DNA of 64,000 bases, taken from positions 34,552 through 98,551 of the forward strand of contig CANLII010000005.1 in NCBI GenBank assembly GCA_947491315.1. The letters run 5' to 3'. Each line of letters starts with the position of its first letter. Within the stretch, counting starts at the first letter, position 1. This DNA is from Ignavibacteria bacterium. GTDB taxonomy: Bacteria > Bacteroidota > Ignavibacteria > Kapaibacteriales > UBA961. Shown here piece by piece: positions 19,593 to 29,749 of this stretch. Position numbers and translations under genes: made by a program. The notes beneath the pieces were generated by a model. That model was not told where the DNA came from, did no database searches, and worked only from the letters and a program-made list of their open reading frames with translations.

Positions 19593-20044
19593 AAAGCGTT
19601 ATTGTCATGATATTGGTATTATTCCTTCATGGTTGCATGAATACGAAAACCACTTGCATCAATGAAAGAACCATGGGTACGATATTGAGATGGGGTGATG
19701 GTGACATTGCATCCGGATCATTTACCGGATATGAAATCCATGCTGAAGATCTCGGAGTGTTTAATGCGCATCGCACAAATGGTAATGAAGTCATGAATAT
19801 CAAGCGCATTGATTCCGTGAATGTGGATTTCTTTTGTACTACGTTGCAGGATATGATCGGGACATTTACTGCGATACAATCATTATATTCGCCGGGCAAG
19901 TCATATCGTTCGGTGGAGTATATCAATGCTAAAACTAATGTCCATAAAAAGGCGATTTGGAATCCGGAATTCTCAACATTTGGAAGCAAAGAGTTTCGGA
20001 CATTACATGATTCACTGATGCAGAAAGTTCCGGCATCAAAATAA
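19589..20044 (+). CDS. Hypothetical lipoprotein
   Basis: Signal peptide with lipobox (LFLHGC). Start overlaps the gltX stop (ATGA). No recognisable domain. Confidence 0.4.
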   Translation: MKSVIVMILVLFLHGCMNTKTTCINERTMGTILRWGDGDIASGSFTGYEIHAEDLGVFNAHRTNGNEVMNIKRIDSVNVDFFCTTLQDMIGTFTAIQSLYSPGKSYRSVEYINAKTNVHKKAIWNPEFSTFGSKEFRTLHDSLMQKVPASK

Positions 20045-20059
20045 ACATATATATGAAGG

Positions 20060-21544
20060 TTGGATTTAAACAAAGTGGACGGATTGTTACATTTATTCCT
20101 CGCAGGTGCGAGGGGGGATATTCATTTGGCATCTGATATTTCGATTTTCTTGGTGGATGATAATGCCGAGTTTACAGAAACCTTGGCTGATATCATCGGG
20201 GACTTTGGGTGGAAAACGCATTCTTGTGATTCTCCAGAGGGAGCTCTAACGCATTTAGAGAATTATCATCAAAAGTATTCTTTGATGTTGTTGGACATAG
20301 AATTTGTGAATTCACAAATGAACGGTTTGGATGTACTTGCACAATGTAAAAAAAAGTACCCTGCTTTATCTGTCATCATGATTTCAGGGAAAGGTACAAT
20401 TGCCACCGCAGTACAAGCAACCAGAATGGGAGCTGTAAATTTCATCGAAAAGAGTTCCATTTCCACTGATCGACTACGCGATGTTCTTACAAGCACTCTG
20501 GAAAAATACCAGGTTCAAACAGAACATCAAGAACTCTTGAAATTGATACAAAAACAAGGCATTATTGGAAAAAGTGAAGCAGTACTTAAGGTTGCTGATA
20601 AAATTATTCGCTTTGGAAAAACCGATTTAAATGTGCTTGTGACTGGAGAAACTGGGACAGGAAAAAAATTGGTGGCAGAAGCAATTCATGCCGTAAGCAA
20701 AAGAGGACATCATCCCATTGTGACGGTTGATATCCCAAATATCCCAAGAGAATTATTTCAAAGTGAATTGTTTGGTCATGTGCGTGGATCATTTTCAGGC
20801 GCACATGAGAATAAAAAAGGATTATTTCATCAAGCAAATAAGGGCTCGCTCTTTTTGGATGAAATAGGTGATTTACCATTGGAATTACAAGCAAATCTTC
20901 TGCTTCCGATTGAAACGAAAATCATCCGTCGAGTCGGATCTGTTGAACCTGAAGAAGTGGATGTCCGCTTTGTTTCTGCTACAGATCGCGATTTGCTTGG
21001 TGCAATGCGTGAAGGAAAATTTCGTGAGCAATTATATCATCGATTGAGAGAATGCGAAATCACCATTCCTCCATTGAGTGAGAGGAAAGAAGATATTCCA
21101 TTGATTGTTGATCATTATGTGAAAAAACACAATGAAAAAATGGTTGATAATAAATCGTTTTCTCCATCAGCAATCGAATTTTTGCAAGAACACACATGGA
21201 AAGGCAATGTTCGAGAATTGCAAAGTACATTGCGTGTAGTCTTACAAACTGTATCTTCTGATACGATTGAAATCAGAGACATACATTCCGTTGCATCAAC
21301 GAATGATCATGTATATACACAACCAAAAGCAGTAACTGGTAGCGATCAATTTTCAATCACTAGTGATGGTTCATTGAAAGATGATATTGCAAGAGCAGAT
21401 AAAATGAAAATTGTCTCCACATTACAAAAGTGCAATGGAAATGTGAGCAAAGCGGCGGTATTATTGGCAATCTCACGCGAGACATTGCACAATAAAATCC
21501 GTAGGTATGATATTGATGTCAATAAATTCAGATCCGGAAAATGA
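20060..21544 (+). CDS. Sigma-54-dependent transcriptional activator (NtrC-family response regulator: receiver + AAA+ + Fis-type HTH)
   Basis: Receiver domain (…IFLVDDN…LMLLDIEF…). Walker A GETGTGKK. GAFTGA-like loop GSFSGA. C-terminal HTH (…LLAISRETLHNKIRRY…). First codon is TTG in the supplied ORF; a TTG at 20126 is an alternative start. Confidence 0.8.
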   Translation: MDLNKVDGLLHLFLAGARGDIHLASDISIFLVDDNAEFTETLADIIGDFGWKTHSCDSPEGALTHLENYHQKYSLMLLDIEFVNSQMNGLDVLAQCKKKYPALSVIMISGKGTIATAVQATRMGAVNFIEKSSISTDRLRDVLTSTLEKYQVQTEHQELLKLIQKQGIIGKSEAVLKVADKIIRFGKTDLNVLVTGETGTGKKLVAEAIHAVSKRGHHPIVTVDIPNIPRELFQSELFGHVRGSFSGAHENKKGLFHQANKGSLFLDEIGDLPLELQANLLLPIETKIIRRVGSVEPEEVDVRFVSATDRDLLGAMREGKFREQLYHRLRECEITIPPLSERKEDIPLIVDHYVKKHNEKMVDNKSFSPSAIEFLQEHTWKGNVRELQSTLRVVLQTVSSDTIEIRDIHSVASTNDHVYTQPKAVTGSDQFSITSDGSLKDDIARADKMKIVSTLQKCNGNVSKAAVLLAISRETLHNKIRRYDIDVNKFRSGK

Positions 21545-21545
21545 T

Positions 21546-22025
21546 ATGCGATTCAGTACTATATCCTTCTCACTATTCTTGATATTCCTTGTGATGTCAT
21601 GTTCCACTAGTTCCGTGCCAATGAAGGATTTTCCTGAAGCATATAGCATTACTATTGAGAGAACCGCCTGCAGGGGAAATTGTCCTGTATACTCAATGAC
21701 TGTTTATGGCGATGGAACTCTCGAATATGAAGGATTTCTCAATGTTCCCGTGAAAGGGAAGAGGATTGGAAGTATTTCCAAGGATTCCGTCACTTCATTG
21801 CTCAATGCCATTGAAAAAGTGAATGTGAATGAATTGCAGGCAAAATATGTCAAGCAAGGTGTTACCGATATGCCATCAGTATTATTCAAAGTGATTCATA
21901 CCAAAGATGGTGTGATTCGTGGAAAATCTATTGTTGATTATCAAGGTGATGATACTGCTCCGGAGGCATTACGAATGCTGTATAATCAAATGGATGCTTG
22001 GTATTATCTCATCCAATGGCAATAA
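21546..22025 (+). CDS. Hypothetical lipoprotein (Cys-rich …CRGNCPVY… domain)
   Basis: Signal peptide and lipobox (LVMSC). The ATG at 21546 lies 1 nt after the stop of the sigma-54 activator. Confidence 0.4.
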   Translation: MRFSTISFSLFLIFLVMSCSTSSVPMKDFPEAYSITIERTACRGNCPVYSMTVYGDGTLEYEGFLNVPVKGKRIGSISKDSVTSLLNAIEKVNVNELQAKYVKQGVTDMPSVLFKVIHTKDGVIRGKSIVDYQGDDTAPEALRMLYNQMDAWYYLIQWQ

Positions 22026-22050
22026 TTCACTTATATTCTCGAGAATCTCA

Positions 22051-22998
22051 ATGACCGACTGGATCAATCGATACAAAGAATGGAAAAAAGCTCGTGATGC
22101 AAAACGCAAAGAGCCAGAAACTCCGATTGAGCACATTGTTTCATGGTTCAAAACCATGTTCGGTGCGGTGTTTTTCATCATGATAGTCAATGGTTTGTTT
22201 TTTGGATCATTTGTCGTTCCAACCGGTTCGATGGAGAATACAGTTGCCACGGGTGATTTTGTATTTGTAAATCGATTGGTCTATGCACCCTCAACTCCAC
22301 AAATGGTTCCATTCATCAATAAACCACTCCCATTTTTACGCCTACCTGGTTATTCAACACCAAAGGTAGGTGATGTGATAGTGTTTATTTATCCGGGTGA
22401 CAGAGATGATGTGGAGCCAAGAGATTTTACCTATTACTTAAAGCGTTGCGTCGGCATTGCCGGAGATACAATCGAGATTCGTAAAACAATTGTCTATGTT
22501 AATGGGAAGGTATTTGGATTACCAAAAGATGGAAAATTTGATCTTTCCATGGAGGCTCCTTCTGAATATATGGATCAGTGGTTGCAAGCACAAAAGGATC
22601 ACTCATTTCCAATTGGAAATGGGAATACCCGAGATGACTGGGCACCGATGCGCATCCCTAAGAAAGGTGATAGAATTACCATTACAAAGGAAAATGTGAT
22701 ACAGTGGGAAGTGTTTATTCGCCGTGAAAAACATTCCATTGCCATTGATGGTGATGCTATTATGATTGATGGGAAAAAGACATCAACATATATAGTTGAA
22801 AAAGATTATTGCTTTGGATTAGGTGATAATCGCAATAATAGTGAGGACAGTAGATATTGGGGATTCATTCCCATGGAAAGTATCATTGGAACTCCTATGA
22901 TTGTGTATTGGTCATGGGATACGGGTCGTCCAATCTCTGATCTTTTCAAAAAGATCTCATCCATCCGATGGTCACGCATCGGTACGATCATTCGCTGA
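22051..22998 (+). CDS. lepB: Signal peptidase I
   Basis: N-terminal TM helix, catalytic Ser motif GSMENT, and S26 box E (GDNRNNSEDSRYWGFIP). Start placed at the ATG at 22051. Confidence 0.8.
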   Translation: MTDWINRYKEWKKARDAKRKEPETPIEHIVSWFKTMFGAVFFIMIVNGLFFGSFVVPTGSMENTVATGDFVFVNRLVYAPSTPQMVPFINKPLPFLRLPGYSTPKVGDVIVFIYPGDRDDVEPRDFTYYLKRCVGIAGDTIEIRKTIVYVNGKVFGLPKDGKFDLSMEAPSEYMDQWLQAQKDHSFPIGNGNTRDDWAPMRIPKKGDRITITKENVIQWEVFIRREKHSIAIDGDAIMIDGKKTSTYIVEKDYCFGLGDNRNNSEDSRYWGFIPMESIIGTPMIVYWSWDTGRPISDLFKKISSIRWSRIGTIIR

Positions 22999-23008
22999 GT
23001 CATCAATC

Positions 23009-23797
23009 ATGATTGAATTGTTTCGCATAGGATTTCTCCAGATCACATTGATCGATGTGCTGGATATTGGTATCGTGACAATACTGTTCTTTGCATTGTA
23101 TTCCGTATTGCGCGATACCATTGCAGTAAGAATCCTGCTTGGTTTTATTCTCATGTTGATTGTGTCATTTATTACGCAATCACTCAATCTTAAAGCACTG
23201 AATTGGATTCTGCGCGCAATTGCCGATATCTGGCTCATTGCATTCATTATTCTGTTTCAACCTGAAATTCGAAGAGTATTATTGGTCATCACGCGAACAA
23301 AATTATTCCGGGTAATCGTGAAAAAAAATATTTCACAATCTCTGAATGATATTGTTGAGGCTGTGAAGGAATTGTCGGACAGACATGTCGGAGCATTGAT
23401 CGTGTTTCCGAGATCCCAGAATATCAAAATGACCATAGACACAGGCGTTCCGATTCAAGCATTGGTCAGTTCCGAGCTACTGCTTTCAGTATTCAATCCA
23501 AAATCACCTTTGCATGATGGTGCAGTGATCATTGAAAATGACATGATTACTGCTGCGAAATGCGTATTACCCCTCAGCAATATGTCGAGATCTGATTTGG
23601 GTAATCTTGGAACAAGACATCGAGCCGCACTTGGTCTGTCAGAGCAGTCAGATGCTGTGATCGTGATCATTTCTGAAGAAACAGGCTCGATTTCGATTGC
23701 ACGCGAAGGACATCTCACACAACAAATCGGCATCAAGACCTTCCCCGGTTTATTACAAAAATATCTGTCATCAGGCGCTATTTCTGATACAGATTAA
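23009..23797 (+). CDS. cdaA: Diadenylate cyclase CdaA (membrane-anchored DAC domain)
   Basis: Three N-terminal TM helices and DisA_N motifs (…LHDGAVII… and …GTRHRAALGLSEQSDAVIVIISEETGSISIA…). Confidence 0.75.
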   Translation: MIELFRIGFLQITLIDVLDIGIVTILFFALYSVLRDTIAVRILLGFILMLIVSFITQSLNLKALNWILRAIADIWLIAFIILFQPEIRRVLLVITRTKLFRVIVKKNISQSLNDIVEAVKELSDRHVGALIVFPRSQNIKMTIDTGVPIQALVSSELLLSVFNPKSPLHDGAVIIENDMITAAKCVLPLSNMSRSDLGNLGTRHRAALGLSEQSDAVIVIISEETGSISIAREGHLTQQIGIKTFPGLLQKYLSSGAISDTD

Positions 23798-23846
23798 TCA
23801 TCCCCCGAATCTTTGCAGCAAGTTCGGAATTCTTATGTGAATACTC

Positions 23847-24503
23847 ATGAGTCGACATTTTTATACTGAAGCTCGATCAGGCCTCGTGCAGATTTTGAGA
23901 GAACGCGGAATTACAAATGAAGCGGTTTTGCAAGCATTTGGCTCAGTACCTCGAGAACAATTCGTATCGGACCCTTTTAAACAAAGAGCATATGAAGACA
24001 TCGCATTGCCAATAGATAAACATCAAACCATTTCTCAGCCATACACAGTTGCTCGCATGACGGAGTTACTGGAAGTAAAGCCCGGTCATTCAATATTGGA
24101 AATTGGTACAGGATCCGGATATCAAGCAGCGATTCTTGCTGAAATGGGTGTGACGGTCTATACGATTGAGCGACATTTTGAATTGTACAATGCAGCAAGA
24201 TCCATTCTCAAAGAATTATTTCAAGGAACTTCCATTCAATGTAGATTCGGTGATGGTACTATTGGTTGGTCTGAGTATGCACCGTATGATGGCATCATTG
24301 TTACTGCGGGTGCACCGGAAATACCCGATGCTCTTTTAAAACAATTGTCAATCGGAGGACATCTCATCATTCCGGTAGGTAGTGAAAAATCGCAAGTGAT
24401 GCATTGCGTCGTGAGGGAAGATGAGAATAATTATGCCGATTATCCTCTTGAGGATGTTAGTTTTGTCCCACTGATTGGCAAACAAGGTTGGAGTGGAATA
24501 TAA
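23847..24503 (+). CDS. pcm: Protein-L-isoaspartate O-methyltransferase
   Basis: …QTISQPYTVARM… and the SAM-binding LEIGTGSGYQAA motif. 218 aa. Confidence 0.85.
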   Translation: MSRHFYTEARSGLVQILRERGITNEAVLQAFGSVPREQFVSDPFKQRAYEDIALPIDKHQTISQPYTVARMTELLEVKPGHSILEIGTGSGYQAAILAEMGVTVYTIERHFELYNAARSILKELFQGTSIQCRFGDGTIGWSEYAPYDGIIVTAGAPEIPDALLKQLSIGGHLIIPVGSEKSQVMHCVVREDENNYADYPLEDVSFVPLIGKQGWSGI

Positions 24504-24965
24504 ATGAATGAGTCGATGCACATCATACATGCAATCAAAACCGAGCAGGAAAAAGGCAAGAAAATCGTATTCACGAATGGATGCTTTGACATACTGCATC
24601 GTGGTCATGTCACCTACTTGAATCAAGCCAAGGAATTGGGCGATCTCTTGATTATTGGCATAAACTCTGATGAATCCGTTCAGCGATTGAAGGGTCCGGA
24701 ACGCCCCGTGAATATGCTGGAAGACAGAGCATATGTTTTGTCTGCACTCAAATCAGTGGATTATGTTATTCCATTTGAGGAAGACACTCCGCTGAATCTC
24801 ATCAATCAGATCATGCCTGATATTCTGGTGAAAGGTGGTGACTATACCATCGATCGCATCATTGGCGCACAAGAAGTCTTAGCGCATGGAGGAAGAGTGG
24901 AAATTATTCCATTTGTTCCGGGTAAATCCACATCTGCAATCATAGATACCATCAAGACGCTTTGA
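24504..24965 (+). CDS. Cytidylyltransferase-like adenylyltransferase (RfaE/HldE domain II-type: D-glycero-beta-D-manno-heptose-1-phosphate adenylyltransferase-like)
   Basis: …[16 protein letters not shown]… is the (H/T)xGH nucleotidyltransferase motif. 153 aa. Confidence 0.7.
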   Translation: MNESMHIIHAIKTEQEKGKKIVFTNGCFDILHRGHVTYLNQAKELGDLLIIGINSDESVQRLKGPERPVNMLEDRAYVLSALKSVDYVIPFEEDTPLNLINQIMPDILVKGGDYTIDRIIGAQEVLAHGGRVEIIPFVPGKSTSAIIDTIKTL

Positions 24966-26319
24966 CTCTCAATTCATAAGCATCAATCAATTTCTTGAGT
25001 TCATCTCTGTGCAATTCAGGATCTGCATTCAAAATATTGGGGATCTCAAGCATGGAATCAATGATAAATTCATTCATCTTTCCTCTTTTCAATGCTTCTG
25101 CATAGGGCATATGATTGAATGTCACCATGGAATATGCAGTATGGAATGATTCAGGGAACATATCAGACAAAATTCTCTCCGCTTTTTTTCTACGAAGGAA
25201 TTCAGGATCTGCGACAAGGTCTCGCATTTCAATGAAATTATTCAGTGCAAGTTCGGCAATCGCATCACCATTGGGTTTGCGTGCAATTTCATAATTATGG
25301 AAGAGTTCTGTCCAGTCATCACTTCCATGTGCATCGAGCATTTCCCCAAAAACTCTGCAATCTTCAAATCCTGCATTCATTCCTTGACCAAAAAATGGAA
25401 CGATGGCATGCGCGGAATCACCCATGAGCAATACTTTGTCTTTAAATGCCCAAGGAAATACACGAACTGTCACAAGAGAAGAAGTTGGATTGGCTTTATA
25501 ATCCTCGAGAAGTGTAGGCATCATTGCCATCGCATCAGGAAATTGCTCAGAGAAGAATTGCATGATGTCTGCATCGGATTGCAGTGAAGCAAATGATGGA
25601 TTACCTTCAAATGGGAAGAAAAGTGTGCATGTGAAACTGCCATCCATATTGGGAAGAGCAATCATCATATATTGTTTTCTCGGCCAAATATGAAGAGCAT
25701 TCTTTTCTAATTTGAATGATCCGTCCTCAGCCGGCGGAATATGCAATTCCTTATATCCATGTTCAATATAATATTGCTGATAATTGAAGCGATCTGTCTT
25801 TTGCATCACCTCGCGAACAGCTGAATATGCTCCATCCGTTGCAATGATGGAATCAGCTTCCACCACTATTTCACTGCCATGTTGCATGTCTTCAAAATGC
25901 GCGGTTGCAGTAGGTAAATCCACATGGGTGCATTTATGATTGAATGTGATATGCACATTCTCAAAAGCATCGGCACATTCGATGAGAGCTTTATTAATAC
26001 CGCCTCTGGAAACGGAATTAATTGCCTGGCCATCTTTGCCATAAGCAAGATAACTTTCTGTTCCATCCACTGCATGCATCATTCTACCATGCATTGGAAT
26101 GGCAACCGAGAGAATATCCTCTATGATTCCTGCGGCTTCGAGTCCGCGAAGTCCACGATCGGATAAAGCCACATTGATTGATCTTCCTGCGCCGAGACTA
26201 TTTGCTCGCATGTCCGGTCTGCGCTCAAAGATTGAGATGGAATGTCCTCTTTTGGCTAAATACACAGCCAATAGGCAACCGACTGGACCGCCTCCGATGA
26301 TGGTAATCTTTTTGCACAT
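24952..26319 (-). CDS. FAD-dependent kynurenine 3-monooxygenase-like flavoprotein hydroxylase
   Basis: Dinucleotide-binding N-terminus [22 protein letters not shown], the DG motif, and a GD…G FAD motif (…[18 protein letters not shown]…). About 455 aa, matching the KMO family. Start placed at the internal ATG at 26319. Confidence 0.6.
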   Translation of the reverse strand: MCKKITIIGGGPVGCLLAVYLAKRGHSISIFERRPDMRANSLGAGRSINVALSDRGLRGLEAAGIIEDILSVAIPMHGRMMHAVDGTESYLAYGKDGQAINSVSRGGINKALIECADAFENVHITFNHKCTHVDLPTATAHFEDMQHGSEIVVEADSIIATDGAYSAVREVMQKTDRFNYQQYYIEHGYKELHIPPAEDGSFKLEKNALHIWPRKQYMMIALPNMDGSFTCTLFFPFEGNPSFASLQSDADIMQFFSEQFPDAMAMMPTLLEDYKANPTSSLVTVRVFPWAFKDKVLLMGDSAHAIVPFFGQGMNAGFEDCRVFGEMLDAHGSDDWTELFHNYEIARKPNGDAIAELALNNFIEMRDLVADPEFLRRKKAERILSDMFPESFHTAYSMVTFNHMPYAEALKRGKMNEFIIDSMLEIPNILNADPELHRDELKKLIDAYELRVKAS

Positions 26320-26457
26320 TGTGATGACCGATGAAAAATGATGGGTGATATTCATTGCAAAACTAACAACTCTGCACAAACATGATTCTCATCAGGAAAT
26401 CAGTGGATAAAAAATGGTATTTTCACCATGCATGTTTCATTAAATCGGTGTAGTATC

Positions 26458-27135
26458 ATGAAATGTACTTTTTACGGACATTCCACTTTTCTTCTGAAAA
26501 CCGAGAGTCATTCGCTTCTATTCGATCCATTTATTTCGCAGAATCCACTTGCAAGTCATATAGATATAGATTCCATCAATCCTGACTATATCTTGATTTC
26601 TCATGCTCATGGTGATCATTGTGCGGATGTAGAGCTTATAGCGAAGAAATCGGGGAGTACAATCATCGCCAATGTTGAGATTGTCAATTATTTTGCAGAT
26701 AAGGGAATCGAAGGATTCGCCATGAATTCCGGTGGATCACATGAATTTCCTTTCGGAAAGTTGACAATGACCCATGCATATCATTCAAGTTCTTTTCCGG
26801 ATGGAACATATGGCGGTAATCCGAATGGATTTGTGATTCATTCCGGTGATACATGCATGTTCTATTCCGGTGATACCGCGCTTACTTCTGATTTCGCATT
26901 ATTGGGTGAGAGATATGCCATCGATCTTGTAATTCTGCCGATTGGAAATGTGTTCACAATGGATTATGTGGATGCTGAAAGAGCTTGCATGATGCTGAAG
27001 GCGAAGAAATGCATGGGCGTGCATTTTGATACTTTTCCGCCAATAAAGATTGATCATGAGATCGTGCAAGCATATATGAATCTGAAAGGACAGGACTTTT
27101 TCTTGCCCAAGATTGGAGAAGAATTCAAACTTTGA
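26458..27135 (+). CDS. UPF0173-family metal-dependent hydrolase (metallo-beta-lactamase fold)
   Basis: MKCTFYGHSTFLL… and HAHGDHC are the HxHxDH motif. About 225 aa. Confidence 0.6.
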   Translation: MKCTFYGHSTFLLKTESHSLLFDPFISQNPLASHIDIDSINPDYILISHAHGDHCADVELIAKKSGSTIIANVEIVNYFADKGIEGFAMNSGGSHEFPFGKLTMTHAYHSSSFPDGTYGGNPNGFVIHSGDTCMFYSGDTALTSDFALLGERYAIDLVILPIGNVFTMDYVDAERACMMLKAKKCMGVHFDTFPPIKIDHEIVQAYMNLKGQDFFLPKIGEEFKL

Positions 27136-28259
27136 TGCGATTCTATTGCACATATTGTCTTTGTATATGTTGTATCATTTCAACAGCAGTAAGTAATGAT
27201 GGCATGGTGCGATGTTCTTCATTTATTGATACAAATGATATTCGGACTGGTCCTGCAGTCAGTACTTGGATACGATATCTGAATTCCTCACCTGATTCCA
27301 TACAAGAGAATCCACTTTGGCCGATGAAAGATAGAAATGATAGATTTTCTTTTGATCCGGCAAGAGTATGGATATTTCAATCAAAAGAATTCATGAATAC
27401 ATTTCCTCCCATGATCATCGGCGCAGAAGAAGTACAGAAAGGGAAAGTCTTGATCAAAACATTGTTTCAAGGAATGGATTCTACCGGATCAAATCTTCCG
27501 ATAGCTGTGTATAGAGTATTGGCAAGGGTAGAGGATGGACAATGGCAACTTGAATCTGTGCTTGAAACCATGACAGAAGATTGGAATACCAAAAGCATCG
27601 GTGGAATGACATTTTATATGTCCCCAAAACACAAATACTCATCCTCTTTGGCTAGAAAGGCCATGCGATTCTGTGATTCACTAACAGCATTATTTGATCT
27701 CGGTGATATTGAAGATACAAGATACTATGTGACAAGTTCCAAAGATGAGCTTGCTTCGATTCTTGGATTCGATTTTTTTGTGTCCACCCCGCAAGGTTTG
27801 ACTTATCCCGAAAAAGATTGGGTATTCACGGCATTGGATACTGAACTACACTCACATGAACTTGTGCATTTGATGTTCAGATCATTCTCCAATACACACC
27901 CTTTCATCTCGGAGGGTTTATCAACATGGCTTGGAGGAAGTTTAGGAGAAAATCTACGTGATTTGAAGAAGCAATTGGCAATTGAATATGTGCGAAGACC
28001 AAATGATTTGTCCATCGAGAAAGTACTTGAGAAAGGTCAAAGAGAATCATTGGCGTATTATACGTTTGGAGCAATGATTTGTAGGCAAGTGTTTCTGCTT
28101 CGTGGTGGATCGGGACTCAAAAAGTTTTTGAATGATTGCGCTGTGGAAACTTCGAAACTTCATGAAATCATTTCTCATCATTTATCAATTCAAATAAATG
28201 AAATTGATCCATTTCTCCGAACTGGATTATTTGATGCGCATACCGTAGGAAGTGATTAA
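27132..28259 (+). CDS. Hypothetical protein with HExxH…E motif (MA-clan peptidase-like)
   Basis: HSHELVHLMF followed by a downstream Glu (…FISEG…). Unusual Cys-rich N-terminus (CTYCLCICC). No clear homology otherwise. Confidence 0.35.
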   Translation: MMRFYCTYCLCICCIISTAVSNDGMVRCSSFIDTNDIRTGPAVSTWIRYLNSSPDSIQENPLWPMKDRNDRFSFDPARVWIFQSKEFMNTFPPMIIGAEEVQKGKVLIKTLFQGMDSTGSNLPIAVYRVLARVEDGQWQLESVLETMTEDWNTKSIGGMTFYMSPKHKYSSSLARKAMRFCDSLTALFDLGDIEDTRYYVTSSKDELASILGFDFFVSTPQGLTYPEKDWVFTALDTELHSHELVHLMFRSFSNTHPFISEGLSTWLGGSLGENLRDLKKQLAIEYVRRPNDLSIEKVLEKGQRESLAYYTFGAMICRQVFLLRGGSGLKKFLNDCAVETSKLHEIISHHLSIQINEIDPFLRTGLFDAHTVGSD

Positions 28260-28788
28260 CATGAAACGATTGATTATCATCTTTTTAATGTGTTCTGCAC
28301 ATCCCGGACTATATGCGCAGGAAGCAAAAGATCACACTCCGAATGGCATTAGACCCACTATTGGTTTCTCATTACCCGAATTGCTGCATATTGGTGCGCA
28401 TTATCAGATGGATGATGTGCAATGTGGACTGAGTATTGGTTCATTTCCCATTGATAATGGAAGCATCATCACCTATTCTGCAGATGTCATTTGGCATATG
28501 TTCGGTGAGAAAAATGAATTACATAATAAACCTTGGTATGGAAAAATCGGCATTACATTCATGCGGGAAGAAACTGAGTTCGAGATCAATACATGGTCTT
28601 ATGCTCATTTGAGATTAGGACATGAATTCGCGCTTTCAAATTTCATAGCTTTGCACATTGATGCAGGACTGATGTTTGCATTGCAACATGATGAAATTGA
28701 GAAAAAACCAAGGAATTCTTGGTTTAATGTTGAATTTAATGTTCCTGTATTGCCAAGCATTGGAATAACAACCGCATATTCATTTTAA
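28252..28788 (+). CDS. Small secreted hypothetical protein, outer-membrane beta-barrel-like
   Basis: Signal peptide (…SAHPGLYAQEA), a C-terminal …TTAYSF ending in Phe, and alternating hydrophobic pattern. Confidence 0.35.
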   Translation: MINMKRLIIIFLMCSAHPGLYAQEAKDHTPNGIRPTIGFSLPELLHIGAHYQMDDVQCGLSIGSFPIDNGSIITYSADVIWHMFGEKNELHNKPWYGKIGITFMREETEFEINTWSYAHLRLGHEFALSNFIALHIDAGLMFALQHDEIEKKPRNSWFNVEFNVPVLPSIGITTAYSF

Positions 28789-29688
28789 GTGATAGACATG
28801 ATGACTTTACCCTTGAAAGGCACGATAACAGCCCTTGTGACACCGATGCACAAGGACGGCTCCATTGATTATACATCTCTCAAAAGACTCATTGATTTTC
28901 AAATTGAAGGGAATATCTCTGCCATAGTTGCTTGCGGTTCCACCGGTGAAAGTGCCACTATGTCATTCACTGAGAAATGCGATGTGATGCGCACTACTGT
29001 TGAATATGTTGCCGGAAGAGTTCCTGTGATTGCAGGCACCGGCTCGAATGATACTGCGGCGGCGATTGCGCTCACAAAGGAAGCAAAAGCGATTGGTGCA
29101 GATGCTGTCCTGCTTGTTTCACCATTTTATAATAAACCAACTCAACGCGGCTTGATTGCACATTTTTCAGCTATTGCCGAAGCATGTGATATTCCGCAAA
29201 TTCTCTATAATGTTCCGGGAAGAACAGCCTCAAATGTCACTGCAGAAACGCAATTACAATTGGCTGAAACATTCTCGCATATCATTGCCACCAAAGAAGC
29301 TTCCGCAGATTTGGAGCAAATGATGGAAATCATCAGGAATCGTCCTGCGCATTTTACTTTGCTTGCGGGTGATGACTCATTGGCACTACCAATCATAGCT
29401 TCCGGCGGACATGGCGTGATATCTGTTTTGTCGAATTATGCTCCTGGACAATTTGGTGCATGTATCAATGCGGCATTATCGGGTGATTTTGAAAAAGCAA
29501 GAGCATTGCATTATCCACTTTTTGATTTGATGCAACTCAATTTTATTGAGACAAATCCAATTCCGGTGAAGGGTATTCTTTCAATGATGGGAATCTGCGA
29601 GGAACATTACCGTCTGCCGATGCAACCTCTGTTGAAAGAGAATAAAGAGAAGCTCAGAGAAGCATTGATTAATGCAGGAATCCTATAA
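28789..29688 (+). CDS. dapA: 4-hydroxy-tetrahydrodipicolinate synthase
   Basis: …GTITALVTPM…, …VACGSTGES…, and Schiff-base Lys region …IIATKEAS…. Confidence 0.85.
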   Translation: MIDMMTLPLKGTITALVTPMHKDGSIDYTSLKRLIDFQIEGNISAIVACGSTGESATMSFTEKCDVMRTTVEYVAGRVPVIAGTGSNDTAAAIALTKEAKAIGADAVLLVSPFYNKPTQRGLIAHFSAIAEACDIPQILYNVPGRTASNVTAETQLQLAETFSHIIATKEASADLEQMMEIIRNRPAHFTLLAGDDSLALPIIASGGHGVISVLSNYAPGQFGACINAALSGDFEKARALHYPLFDLMQLNFIETNPIPVKGILSMMGICEEHYRLPMQPLLKENKEKLREALINAGIL

Positions 29689-29722
29689 AAAAATGGCTCT
29701 CAAAAATATGAGAGCCATTTTG
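29686..29722. terminator. Bidirectional rho-independent terminator between dapA (+) and groEL (-)
   Basis: AAAAAAA, then stem ATGGCTCTC / GAGAGCCAT with loop AAAAATAT, then TTTTG. Confidence 0.5.
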
Positions 29723-29749
29723 CTTGATACAAGATTTGAATCTATCTTA

